This document shows, one piece after another, positions 26,421-41,199 of a stretch of DNA of 64,000 nucleotides. Source of the stretch: Octopus vulgaris (Eukaryota); NCBI GenBank assembly GCA_951406725.2, contig OX597820.1, positions 66,030,001 through 66,094,000 of the forward strand, in the 5' to 3' direction. A program made the position numbers and the translations under genes. The notes below the pieces were generated by a model. That model made no database searches and was not told where the DNA came from. It saw only the letters and a program-made list of their open reading frames with translations. How positions within the stretch are numbered: position 1 is the stretch's first letter; each line of letters starts with the position of its first letter.

Positions 26421-26536
26421 CTTTAATTGAGAAAAGAAGTCAATGTGTTTATGTGTGTGTATACGTAGGTCGGAGTGTACCTACTTGTATTGGTTCAAAA
26501 TTATAGACAGGCATCTACGTTTATATACGTATGAAT

Positions 26537-26586
<50 letters not shown>

Positions 26587-26589
<3 letters not shown>

Positions 26590-26865
26590 AGTGGCTGTGT
26601 GGTAGATATAGGCGCAGGTGTCGTTGTGTGGTAAGTAGCTTACTTACCAACCACATGGTTCTGAGTTTAGTCCCACTGCGTGTCAACTTGGACAAGTGTC
26701 TCCTGCTATAGCCTCGGGCTGACCAAAGCCTTGTGAGTGGATTTTGTAAACGGAAACTGAGAAAGCCCGTCGTATTTATATATATGTGTGTATATGTTTG
26801 TGTGTCGATGTTTGTCCCCACCGTCAACGGTTGACAACCGATGTTGGTGTGTTTACGTCTACGTA
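26587..26865 (+). mobile_element. SINE family A, 3'-truncated, with duplicated 5' tip
   Basis: aggagtggctgtgtggtag followed by aggcgcaggtgtcgttgtgtggtaagtagc... Confidence 0.85.
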
Positions 26866-26877
26866 AATTATATATAC

Positions 26878-27155
26878 ACACACACAAATGTGCATGTCTG
26901 TGTATGTATGTATATATGTATGTACATATATACACATACATACATACATACACATACACAAATGTTCATGTCTGTGTATGTATATATGTATGTACATATA
27001 TACACATACATACATACATACATACACACACACAAATGTGCATGTCTGTGTATGTATGTATATATGTATGTACATATATACACATACATACATACATACA
27101 TACATACATACATACATACATACATACATACATACATACATACATACATACATAC
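26878..27155. repeat. minisatellite, 3 copies of a ~75-bp unit built from microsatellite motifs
   Basis: cacaaatgt(g/t)catgtctgtgtatgta...gtacatatatacacatacatac at ~26883, 26957, 27031. Confidence 0.85.
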
Positions 27156-27440
27156 AAAATACCCTGTTGATGTTGAAATTTCAATGACGGAACTTTGGAT
27201 TTAGGTTAGAAACTGACCCTTTCTCTATTGACAAGAAGTCTTGAAATAAAACTGAACAATGAATTACATACGTATGCGTGTGTGTGTGTGTGTGTGTCAG
27301 ATGTGTGTATGTGTATCTGTATGAATATCAGTTTCAAGACGCTAAACGGATTGATTGTGTGAAGAAATATATATGTGTATGCATGTGAGTTGGGTTTGTC
27401 TGTTAGGACATTTGATATAGACTTCTGCTTATATATATAA

Positions 27441-27474
<34 letters not shown>

Positions 27475-27883
27475 TTTTATGTATTTATGCCTATATGCAT
27501 ATATGTGTGTATATACAGATATATATTTATATACAAACATACATATATACATACATGAATATATATATATATACAGAGAGAGGGGGGAGAGAGAGAAGCG
27601 TACCACGATATTTATATATTTGTTTTTCTTTTGTTAGCGCATTTGTCTGTGGGTGTAATAAAACGTTGTTATCGCTGAGAAGAAAATGTCTCAAATCGTA
27701 GAAAGAATTTGATTTAGATTAATTACTTGAGGCTTGTTTGGGTGGATGGTATACTAAAGAGCTGATAGGATAAATTACACTTTACACTTTTCCTATTTGC
27801 CTAGTTACTGACACGAACATTGAGCGTCACAAAGTCATCCCACAGAAAAAGTTTGTTTCGTAAATTGATTGTGATTCAGATTA

Positions 27884-27990
27884 TAACGTCTGAAAAAGTG
27901 TATGAACACAAAATTTAATGCATGAAATGTATCACTTTGTATGTAATTTGAAATAAATGGCATTCGTTTCCCGAAACGTACGTAACATTG
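27884..27990 (+). ncRNA. degenerate type I hammerhead-like motif
   Basis: taacgt-CTGAAAA-[76 nt]-GAAAC-GTAC-GTA-acattg; 5 of 6 helix I pairs; palindromic ACGTACGT; (TA)n at 28153. Confidence 0.55.
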
Positions 27991-28228
27991 ATTTGACATC
28001 TTTCCTGAACAATAATCATCGTCATTCACTATAAGCAATTATTCTTTGTTCTTTGGTTAATGAAAAAGCATAACATCTACACCCCTTCTTGAACATTAAG
28101 CTAGCCATGAAATACAAAGCTGATCGCCTGAAATTTATTTAACATTTTGAACTATATATATATATATAAAGAGAGAGAGAGAGAGGGTGGAGGGAGGGAG
28201 ATAGAGAGACAGACAGGCAGGGAGAAAG

Positions 28229-28299
<71 letters not shown>

Positions 28300-28363
28300 C
28301 AGACAGATGATAGATAGACGTGTATATATATATATATATATTTAGAGAGAGAGAGAGACAAAC

Positions 28364-28420
<57 letters not shown>

Positions 28421-28422
<2 letters not shown>

Positions 28423-28850
28423 ATCCAAGGAGTTAAATGTAGGAAGTTTGTAAGCTTCGAACAGCCCGTTCACGATCGATGATAATTTGTTGGCGAGGGC
28501 TGTGGGTTTTTTCCATTTGAATGTTCGATAAACTGAAAAAAACATTTGTTTATAGCTCACAGTTAGCAGCATGAGTTGTTATGAATGCGAATAAAAATCC
28601 AGATTGAGATAATGGAGCAGGTAAAATTTTGGTTACATGTGTTTCCGAAGTTAACTTGCCGAATATATAATTTGGAGTTATATCTTCGGCGTATTAACTT
28701 TGGATTCCTTGACGACAATCAAACCTACATATAATTAAAGTATCTTCGGCCTGGTGAGTCGGTAGGTGAGAGATTATTACAACAGAGGATCTACTAGTTA
28801 GGAAACATATGTAGCCTAAATTTTACCTGCTCTAGTCCTTCATTTTGGAT
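28421..28850 (-). mobile_element. (TA)n-adjacent element with inverted end and partial HHR motif
   Basis: 28597-28646 inverted at 28801-28850; GAAAC-ATAT-GTA at 28802-28813 (+) and GAAAC-ACAT-GTA on minus; CCGAAGA on minus at 28743-28749. Confidence 0.55.
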
Positions 28851-29282
28851 GTGTGCGTGTGTGTTTATTAACTTGTGAGCAGTTCAAATATATAAACTTG
28901 TGTGTAAATATATAAACTTGCGTGTGTATATAAACTTGTTAGCTGTTCAAATACGCTTGACAGATATTCAAACACGTAAGATTTCCATTCACTGCACTTT
29001 GATATGGACAAATATTCTTGCTGTACACAAAAAGACGTAAACACACCAAATTAGTCCGGAGCGCCCTCTACCCAGATTGTTAGATGCAGTTATTCCGGAG
29101 TAGTTATCTTCTCTTCACCATCAAACACTAAAAAGAGTGACTCTTTGAACTGACAACGGGATACCAGATCTGTTTTATCATATTCCAGTCAACATGCTGT
29201 GACTGATGCGCTAGTCGACAGCCTGGCCGTAGTAAAATAGGGATTAGAAGCGTTAAGCATCGATCTTCTATCTGTTATTTTT

Positions 29283-30602
<1,320 letters not shown>

Positions 30603-30679
30603 ATGATGTATACAAATATAAATTTGCTGCCAGTTCAGATTTGCATGAGACATATTTGAACCCGTAAGAAACGTTGCAA

Positions 30680-30975
30680 TCGAACTCACAATCATGAGGT
30701 AGTGAGTTCGATTCCGGGACCAGGTTGTGTGTTGTGGTCTTGAGCAAGACATTTTATTTCACGTCGCTCCAGTTCACTCAGCTGTAGAAATAAGTTGCAA
30801 CATCACTGGTGCCAATCTGTATCGGCCTTTGCTTTCCCTTTGTATAACATTGGTGGCATGGGCGACTGCTGATCATCCATAAAAACAACCTTGTCCGGAC
30901 TTGTGCCTCGGGGGGTAACTTCCTAGGTGCAATTCCATGGTCATTCATGACCGAAGGGGATCCTAACCCTTTACC
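30680..30975 (+). mobile_element. tRNA-derived SINE (family D)
   Basis: B-box GAGTTCGATTCC, tcttgagcaagaca, ccagttcactcagctgtag; tail also seen at 33070-33190. Confidence 0.7.
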
Positions 30976-32000
30976 ATATAGTAGGAGAGATCTATGAAAA
31001 CTGAACTGAGCTCCTTGTTGCCAGGCTGCTAATATATGTAATCTTATCTCGTTCAGTTAAGTGATTTAATTTGAGCGGTCAAAGTCGTACTGCCATTTCG
31101 GTGATTAGAACAGGTAGATGCGTTATAGAAATCACAGAGTTTGGTTCACATTAGTGTTTATATATATATATATATATAAATAAAACACTAATGTGAATCA
31201 AAATTTTAAGCCCCCCCATATTTTTTTTGAGAGGGTGTCCTTATGCACGTTAAAATACGGTGTATGGTGGTGTATGTGTATGTGCATATGTGAGTGAATG
31301 TGTGCACTTGTATGTGTGTAGTAGCAGTAGTAGTAGTGGTGGTGGTGGTGGTAGTAGCAGTAGTAGTAACTCTAACAGTTAAATGTTCCACACTAAAGTT
31401 TTTTGTATAAAAAAAAATGACAAAATAATCAATAAAAGAACAATGAAATATAAAAAAACAAACATGGAAACAGACAAACACAACGAAATGTCCCCTCCAC
31501 ACCCCATTAACCCCCACACCACCCTTACCCCCCACCAAATACCAACAGATATGATAATCCTGTGAAAGTAAACTGTACTACTATAGGTATTTATTGTTTC
31601 GTTTTGCTGGGTGATATTCTTCTTCTTCTGATTAACCTCAAACCAAAGCTTACTGCGTTTTAGCAACAAACTTACACGATTGGTTTATTGCAAAAACTTC
31701 GACTCTCCTTTGTGATTGATTTGATTTATCGATTTATCGATTTATATTTCTATTTATTTATTTATTTCTTTATATATTTGTTTGTTTAATTATTACAGCA
31801 GTGTGATATTTCCAGTCTGCTTGGTGGTGATTTGGACTGAACTAAAACTAAGCCACCGCCCAAGTAAAACCACGTAAATCATGTTAACGATGTAACGACT
31901 TGGCTGTGTCTTCCATCTTACTTTTCAATGTCACTACGAAACTAAGCTAAGCTATTTTCTTCCCTGGTTCTCCCTTGCTCTACATCTCTGTCCCTCCATC

Positions 32001-32050
<50 letters not shown>

Positions 32051-32236
32051 ACACAAACTCGTTTTGGTGTACGAACAGGAGAACAAAACACACGATACAT
32101 GTAGTAGAGGTTATTTATTAATTCGAAGCTTATAATTACCACCGTTATTTCTTCACGTCCCTCACATGTGCGATTTTGTTCAAGCAGCTAAAATGATGTA
32201 ATACACACGAACATATGCATACACATGACACATATA

Positions 32237-32654
32237 TATTCCTTTATTGCCCACAAGGGGCTAAACATAGAGGGGACAAACAAGGACAGACAAAGGGACT
32301 AAGTCGACTACATCAACCCCTGTGCGTAACTGGTACTAATTTAATCGACCCCGAAAGGATGAAAGGCAAAGTCGACCTCGGCGGAATTTGAACTCAGAAC
32401 GTAACGGCAGAAGAAAAATACCTATTTCTTTACTACCCTCGAGGGGCTAAACACAGAGTGGACAAACAAGGACAGACGAACGGATTAAGTCGATTATATC
32501 GACCCCAGTGCGTAACTTGTACTTATTTAATCGACCCCCGAAAGGATGAAAGGCAAAGTCGACCTCGGCGGAATTTGAACTCAGAACGTAACGGCAGACG
32601 AAATACCGTTAAGCATTTTGCCCGGCGTGCTAATGACTCTGCCAGCTCGCCGCC
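32237..32654 (-). mobile_element. SINE family B, two stacked units
   Basis: Junction aaagaaata|ggtattt (reverse complement) at ~32416-32431. Confidence 0.9.
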
Positions 32655-32699
32655 CAATCACACATACACACGCACACACACGCATACACACACACACAT

Positions 32700-32761
<62 letters not shown>

Positions 32762-32798
32762 GACATATATATAAATATATGTATGTATATGTATGTAT

Positions 32799-32936
32799 AT
32801 AGGAGTGGGTGCTGAAAGTTCCTGGCTTGGGTCAAAAGAAAATACAGAAAGATTTTATTCAACGTATTCCGCTCTTAGATTCACACATAGCAGCGGCTCT
32901 TCAGCTTTTCTAAGCCCCATAAAAGAACTCGGAAGA
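32799..32936 (-). mobile_element. mariner 3' end fragment
   Basis: Minus strand SEFF..GLEKL..R...CVNLRAEYVE*; TIR-like gggtgctgaaagttcctggct. Confidence 0.65.
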
Positions 32937-33610
32937 ACCCTCCTTCCACAACCACCTGCTCTGTCTCTGTCCTCTTCCTTTCTTTGCTTAAACTCTGACT
33001 CTCTAAGTCACACTTCTCACAGGCTCTACTTTACCTTTTTTTTCTTTTAACCCTTTCTTTCTATCTTCTGCTGGTCTTCCATAAACAACATTGCCCGAAT
33101 TTGTACCACGGAGGGTAACATTCTTTGTCCAATCCCATGGTCCTTTGTCCAATCCCATGGTCAATCATGACCGAAGCGGGTATTTACCATTTAGATGGTT
33201 ATGCGATATGATTAACAGCAGCCATTATAATATCATAATGTGCGAATTCTCTCGACATAATATCCAGGTATATTGAGAAACACGTTGGCGCATATAGATA
33301 CAACCAACAATGCGGTTCATGCTAACAAAAGAACTTCTATGTGATTGTTCAATTTGCTAGAAATATCAGCCAAATATGTTTCAAATAACACACAATCGTC
33401 TTAGAAAAGGAAAACAGATTTGGTACGGTTGTGTTGTTGCATCTATTAACTTCTACTTGTTTTGGTCACTGGACTACGGCTACGGTGAGGAATCATCTTC
33501 AAGGGTTTAGTATAAGAAATTGACTTGATTACTCTATTTGTTGTTGTTGTTGTTGCTGTTGTTGTTGTTATTATTATTATTATTATTATTACTACTACTA
33601 CTACTACTAC

Positions 33611-33649
<39 letters not shown>

Positions 33650-33915
33650 GTTTTTTCCTTCTTTCTTCATATTTTCTTCCGTTTCTCGCAGAGTGTTTTC
33701 CATACACCTAGGGCAGAGAAGGGCATTGTATGCATTCCCAGATTACACGCGCAAATTCACAGGTAAAATATGTATTTAAAAATTAATAAATAAATAAATT
33801 CATGGATGGATGTTATTTTCACAGCGATAGTGCTCTTCTCAGTACATGAGCCGTTCCAGTTAATACGATTTTTTGCACTTCCTGTAGGGATGGTAAGCCT
33901 GGCATCATTTTCGAA

Positions 33916-33963
<48 letters not shown>

Positions 33964-34125
33964 CATCATTGTATCTGGTAGTTACTCTATCGGTTTATTC
34001 TATTGAACCGCTAATTGACGAGGACTTAAACAAACAGAAACCAAACTGAAACCGGTCATCAAGCAAGGTTGGTGGGACAAACACAAACACTACGACACAC
34101 ACACATATAAACAAGCACACACTTC

Positions 34126-34166
<41 letters not shown>

Positions 34167-34578
34167 CACATATATCTTTTATATTTTACTTGTCCAAGTC
34201 ATTACACTGCAGCCATGCCGGAGCACCGCCTTGACGAATTTTTAGTCGAACTTACCTCAGTTCTCGTTATCATTTTATGCCTGGAATTTACACTCGCAGT
34301 CTCTTTTGTTGAACCGCTAAAATACAGAGACGTAATCACACCAGGACCAAATGTGTAATGGTGGCGGTGACAATCACAGATAGAACGGCACACACGTACA
34401 CACACACACATGTATATATGTATATACTTATACATACATATATATATACATACGCACATATATATATACGTATGTGTGTATGTATATATATATATATACA
34501 TATGTATGTATGTATTTGTATATATATATATGTATATATACATATGTGTGGGGGGAGATTATATATATTTATATATAT

Positions 34579-34644
<66 letters not shown>

Positions 34645-34646
<2 letters not shown>

Positions 34647-35455
34647 GACACGAACGCAAACCATCCGGACAGACGATACAAAGAAAAGAAGGACGGGTCA
34701 TCTGGAGTTTTCTTTCGTCTGTCGAGTTCCAGATTATCTTTGCAATTATCTTTCTATAACAAATATATTATAACAAGTTCCAGATTGTCTTTGCAATTTT
34801 GACTGGTTATACATGCAATTGCTCCAATCTGGCCAGCCCCAAGGAAAATTGAAGCTAAGAGCTTTAGATTCCTTGGAAGAGAGCAGCGAATGTGTACGAA
34901 AACTAGGACGGAAAATAAAAACGGAGAAATGTTACACAAATACAAATGCAAATAGCAGGACATAACAACATGGGTCTTTCGACTAAGGACGAATTAAATT
35001 AAGCTGGCGTGTGTGGAAGTGAAGCCTTACGGCAGGGACATACGTTTTTGACAAGCACAGGGGGGAATATAGATGTTGCACGGATGGTAGTCGAACCAAG
35101 AAAGGTCAAGTTTGGCCGAACACATGTCACGTGGGTAGAGAAGAGAGAGAGGTAGAGGCAGAGGGATAGAAGAATTAAGGAAGGGCGAGAAAAAATGAAA
35201 GGGACAGAGTGAAGTGAAAGAGGGGGGAAAGTGAGCATGAAGAGAAGGCCAGGAAATGTGAGAGAGGGGGAACGAACGAACAAACAGTTGAATGAACGAA
35301 GCAAGTGTGGAAGGGCTGATAGAAAGAAGGAAAGAGTAAAATAATAGAAAGAATAATAGAGTCGTACAAAATTGATGTTTTGCGTTCTTGTCCCATTTTT
35401 GTATTTTTTATAATAAAAAATATAGCGTACGTACACTTTGTTCTCTTATATGTAA

Positions 35456-35490
<35 letters not shown>

Positions 35491-35504
35491 TAGATATATA
35501 TATG

Positions 35505-35554
<50 letters not shown>

Positions 35555-35567
35555 TATATATATGTAA

Positions 35568-35629
<62 letters not shown>

Positions 35630-35760
35630 TTACATATAAGAGAACAAAGTGTACGTACGCTATATTTTTTATTATAAAAAATACAAAAATGGAACAAGAA
35701 CGCAAAACATCCAGGCAATTAGGTGATACAAAAGGGACAACAAGACATCCAGACAGACGA
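34645..35760 (-). mobile_element. (TA)n-associated non-coding repeat family with tail-to-tail inverted ends
   Basis: tgggaca.gaacgcaaa.catcc.gacagacgata motif at 34645, inverted at 35374 and again at 35690-35760; (TA)n flanks. Confidence 0.6.
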
Positions 35761-36317
35761 TATATATATATATGTGTGTAATGCTGGGGAAAATAAAAGG
35801 TTTATCATGGTTGTAGTGGCATTAATTATAGGTCTACTGGAACTGAACTGTATTGGAGCTAAGCAGCAACACCATAGCAACACAATTGGTCGTTATATTA
35901 TATTTGTTATAGAAAATTCTTTCCCGGAATCATTCAATTCTTCTGTCAGACCAATGTAATTTAGAAATGTCTTTATCCATGTCGAGGGCTGCATTAACTT
36001 GAAGCCATGAAAACTAATTTGAATAATGCGCTTGCAGGAATTACTCGCTCAGAAATCTTTGGGAATTTTTTGTGTTGTTTTGATTGTTTTGTTTTGTTTT
36101 GTTTTGTTTGTTGGTGGGGGAGTATTTTATGGTAGGGGTTCTGCTTCTGCTGCAGGTGTTCTTTTAATTTGAACCCCATCCCTTGTGCACTCATTGAGCA
36201 GAGCTATAGCTCAAGATATCCCGGGTGTGGTCATTTCATCTTTACACATACATATACAGACGCACGTAAATATGTATGCATAATTGTGTGCGTATATACA
36301 TATGTATATGTCTAGTG

Positions 36318-36360
<43 letters not shown>

Positions 36361-36399
36361 TAATAGCAAAAGTATATGTATAGCATATATATATATGCA

Positions 36400-36573
36400 T
36401 AGGCGTAGGGGTGGGTGTGCAGTAAGGAGCTTGCTTATCAACCACATGTTTCCGGGTTCAGTGCCACTGCGTGGCACCTTGGGCAAGTGTTTTCTACTAT
36501 AGCCCCAGTCTGACCAAAGCCTTGTCAGTGCATTTTTCAGACGGAAACTGAAAGAAGCGCGTCGTATATGTGA

Positions 36574-36610
<37 letters not shown>

Positions 36611-36800
36611 CATGCTTGTGTGTCTTTGTTTGTCCTCCCACCATCGATTAACAGCCGATGTTGGGCTATTTACATCCCCGTAACTTAGCGGTTCGTCAAA
36701 AGACACCGATAGAATAAGTACTAGGCTCGATTGGTTCGACTAAAGGCGGAGCTCCAGCATGCCCGCAGTCAAATGACTGAAACAAGCAAAGGAATAAAAA
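36400..36800 (+). mobile_element. SINE family A
   Basis: Head and tail match. Confidence 0.9.
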
Positions 36801-36815
36801 AATAAAGGAATCAAA

Positions 36816-36848
<33 letters not shown>

Positions 36849-37197
36849 GCACACACACACACATACAGAGAACTATATAAACAGGAAGACAAATGAAAAT
36901 TATATAAAAAAAATTTATTTAAAAAAAATTTTTTTTATATAATTTTCATTTGTCTTGCCCGCCTAATTGTTCTGGTGTCCGCTGAATTTTCCTCTAGAGA
37001 ACATTCTTTTCTCTGTAGATTGATCGTTGATGATCTATTTCTAGCATACGGCCGACTACCTAGTGGTCTTGCCCTTTGAATATACACATGTATTAGAATT
37101 TTCTCTGATTCTTCAGATTTTTGTATGCTAGGCTACTGGTTTTAAATTGATATTAATTAAATTAATATTAAATATATCTCCCTCATTATTTAAATAT

Positions 37198-37269
<72 letters not shown>

Positions 37270-37629
37270 ATATAATATAATATATATATATAATGCACAC
37301 ACACACACATACAGAGAGCAACTATATAAACAGGAATAATTTTGCTATTTCCCCGTAGATTGATACGCTGATAGAAAAACCTTAATCGATTTTCGTATGT
37401 TATTCAGTTTTCATCAGACGCTTCCACATCAATTTGACCAATCCGTGACAAGCAAATTGCCAATCTGCATGTATACTCAACAATTATAGTCGAAACAGAA
37501 AACCGGCGCTATTAATTTGTATGCCGTGGGTATTAACAGTATATTTTTATGTATCAGGGTTCTATCAACGGGGATCTTAGTCCAGACAACATCAAGGTAC
37601 ATGATATATGTATATGCAGACACACACAT

Positions 37630-37668
<39 letters not shown>

Positions 37669-37939
37669 GATATATAGATATAGATATAGATATATACACA
37701 CACACACATATATATATGTGTGTATGTGTATGCAGCAATAAGAAAACGGAGGGGATCAAGAGGTGGTATTCATCAAATTTTAGACATTATATTATGTCTA
37801 TTTATTTATTAAAAAAAAACAATTATAACAATATACATACATGTATAACATATTATGCTTTACATATATAATATATAAAATGTAAAAATACCAGTAATTA
37901 TTAAAATATATAACGTAGAGCATAGAAGGCAGGATAGTA

Positions 37940-38061
37940 TCTTACAGCTGTTTCAGTCAAGAGGCCATAGTACCCCACTTAATTTCTATCCCTTGAGTGA
38001 ACTGAAGTATTTGGTAGATAAGATTAAGGTACTTGGGTGTGCCTCGGGGCTTCGTCAAAGA
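37940..38061 (-). ncRNA. type I hammerhead motif, core mutated to TTGACGA
   Basis: Reverse complement tct-TTGACGA-ag...ct-GAAAC-AGCT-GTA-aga. Confidence 0.65.
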
Positions 38062-38224
38062 GTTTAGAAAGTTCATAAGGTTAAGTTATAAATATAAATA
38101 CATACATATATATATATACATTTTTACAAAGGTATTAATATAAACTCTAACCCACTTATAGTGGACCGTTACCTCAAGCCCTCAATAGAAAACATACCGC
38201 ATGTTTATATATATATATATATAA

Positions 38225-38258
<34 letters not shown>

Positions 38259-38785
38259 TTGTGTACAGTTGCATGTTTGTCATATGTATATGTTTGTTAT
38301 ATGTATACATATACATATATATATATGTGCGTGTGTGTGTGTGTTTGTGTATAATTATATAAAAAAAAAAAATACAAACTGCTAGAATAATCCTCCCTTC
38401 TCAACACAGGAAATATGTATGTAACTATGTGTATGTTTGTGCGTAAATATATATACATATGCATATATGTGTGTACGTATAGATGTGTATATATATATGT
38501 ATTCCTCATTAATATACCTTTTCATTCCTACATAACTACAATAATCTTAAGATATATTGATTATTTAAATTCCACTATTATTTCTCTTTTGATATTTTTT
38601 CTTCCCTCTGTTTATACGTTCTCTAATAAGAATAACATAATACACCTAATAATAATAATAATAATAATAATTGATTCCTTTGTATGCATATACATATACA
38701 TGTAAACGTATAGACATGTATTTATGTATAAGCATATATATGTATGTATTTATATTTATAACTTAACCTTATGAACCTTCTAAAC

Positions 38786-38892
38786 TCTCTGACGAAGCCC
38801 AGAGGCACACCCAAGTACCTTAATCTTATCTACCAAATACTTACAGAAGTAAAGTAGGTTACTATGGCCTCTTGACTGAAACAGCTGTAAGA
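38786..38892 (+). ncRNA. type I minimal hammerhead ribozyme, canonical core
   Basis: tct-CTGACGA-agcccagaggc...gcctcttgact-GAAAC-AGCT-GTA-aga; 9 of 11 basal helix II pairs; predicted cut after 38889. Confidence 0.8.
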
Positions 38893-39273
38893 TACTAACC
38901 CGCCTTCTATGTTCTACGTTATATATTTTAATAATTACTGCTTATTTTTATATTTTATATATTAGATATGTAAAGCATAATATGTTATACATGTATGTAT
39001 ATTGTTATAATTGTTTTTTTTTAATAAATAAATAGACATAATATAATGTCTAAAAGTTGATGAATACCACCTCTTGATCCCCTCCATTTTCTTATTGCTG
39101 TATAAATTAATGGTAAAACAACAGTTTACCCTCACCCATTTATTACATTCAGTAATGTAATTACCATACAATGAAGAAACACTTGTGTATTAATAATTGG
39201 GTATTCTACTAGCAGTATATTGGATAGATATTATCCCTTAGTTGGTTGGATTCACAACTTCTAACTCTCATGG

Positions 39274-39305
<32 letters not shown>

Positions 39306-39307
<2 letters not shown>

Positions 39308-39520
39308 TTTTATTCTTTTACTTGTTTCAGTCATTTGATTGCGGCCATGCTGGAGCACCGCCTTTTAGTCGAACAAAGAACCCCAGGACTTATTCTTTGT
39401 AAGCCTCGTACTTATTTTATCGGTTTTCTTTTTACCGAACCGCTAGATTACATGGATCTCCAACATCGGTTGTCAAGTGATGATGTGGGGGGGGGGGGGG
39501 GCAAAACACAGACACACAAA
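39306..39520 (-). mobile_element. SINE family A tail half
   Basis: tttacttgtttcagtcatttgattgcggccatgctggagcaccgcc. Confidence 0.85.
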
Positions 39521-39531
39521 CATATACATAT

Positions 39532-39609
<78 letters not shown>

Positions 39610-39959
39610 AATGGGGTAGGCCAGTTTATGGGATTACACTAGGTTTCCCGTCCATAAAGGACCTCTTCAAATATATATATATAGAGAGAGGGGGAGGGAG
39701 AGAGAGGAAAGTGAGTATGGGAGAGACAAACTCACTCACAGACACATGCGCACACATGCACAGACATATCATTCTCATTGTAGCTGTCGCTGTCTTCATC
39801 ATCATCATCATCATCATCATCATGACCATTGTTTGTTGAGACAGAGAGTGATCTGCTCATGTTTTCTTTTGTCTATCGATCTTCTTCAATATCCATTGCC
39901 TATAAGCAATCGATATTGTACTCTGCACATCCTAAATTTCTACAACTCTACAGACACGC

Positions 39960-39997
<38 letters not shown>

Positions 39998-40770
39998 ACA
40001 AATACACACCCACATGCGCACGCAGTACACACACTCACACACACATATACATTTACAGGTGTTCAGTACCATTCAGTAAGGGTTGACTTTCGATTCGTCA
40101 GCTCTTTTAGTATCATCTTCAAACAGACCATTTCTAGCAGTCTTTTGTGTACTTTTCATTTTTGTGACCAGAATATCGGTAATTTCTATAGAATTCTTGA
40201 AATATCCATTTGTCCCAGATGGACAGAGCTGTACAATCGCTGCTTCTGAATTAATTCCGAAACTGTCAGCTGGAAATAGCGAATACATTGATTGTCGTCA
40301 TTTCGCAGACGGTTAATCCGCCATACCTGAAGCATTCCGGGAAGAATATCTCTACTAAAAGACTTCCAGCCTCAGCCAAATCTCTCTCAAGTAATGTTCT
40401 TGATTCTTCACAATATTTCAAGCAAAAAATACAAATGGCTGCTAAAAGTGTATTTCCATTGTATAAATGAGAAATTTTGTGCTTTCTAAAATACGACCGT
40501 ATCCAGTCCTTCTCACTAGAACCATCCCTTTGAAATCTTATTTTTGTTCATGTCTAATTAACAGATGTTCATTTGCACTAGTTTAAACAGAGCTCACCGG
40601 ATTGGAAGGTCCTGCAAACTTCCTGGACACAAACATCTTTATTCAGCTGGCATTAAAAAGGCGTTAGGTGTGTTTTTACGTAGTCTTTGTTCCTGCTGAA
40701 AACAGACGCCAAATCATTCTTCAGTTACATTTAATTGTGTTCTTGGCTGTCTCCTAAATACACTGTAACA

Positions 40771-41093
40771 GACACTCTGTCGGTTGCGACGGCGAGGGTT
40801 CCAGTTGATCCGATCAACGGGACAGCTTGCTCGTGAAATTAACCTGCAAGCGGCTGAGCATTCCACAGACATGCGTACCCTTAACGTCGTTCTCAGGGAG
40901 GTTCAGTGTGACACAGGACATCATTGGGCTGACCCTTTGAAATACAGGTACTGCTCGCTTTTGTCTGCTGAGTAGGCTAGAACAACATGAAATAAAGTGT
41001 CTTACTCAAGAATACAACGCTCCACCAGGAATCGAACTCGCAACCATACGATCGTGAGTCGAATACTGCAACCACTAAGCCACGATGCTTCAC
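40771..41093 (-). mobile_element. tRNA-derived SINE (family E)
   Basis: Reverse complement has A-box TGGCTTAGTGG, B-box GAGTTCGATTCC, tcttgagtaagacacttta. Confidence 0.8.
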
Positions 41094-41199
41094 AGATACA
41101 CTGCATCACAGTATAATACAGGCTGGTCGCTTCTGGAAACCTCTTCGGTCATAAATCAGCTCGGTCAGAACTGAACTGAGCTAAATAACAGCAGTAGTT

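Larger units (their letters stand above)
37732..39277. mobile_element. head-to-head inverted pair of a hammerhead-bearing element
   Basis: 37732-38113 is the reverse complement of 38735-39100; + copy continues to (TA)n at 39278. Confidence 0.85.

Noticed and set aside
37379-37420. Minus-strand CTGATGA...GAAA-ATCGAT-TA motif
   Set aside because: Core and palindrome present but helices I and II do not pair convincingly.
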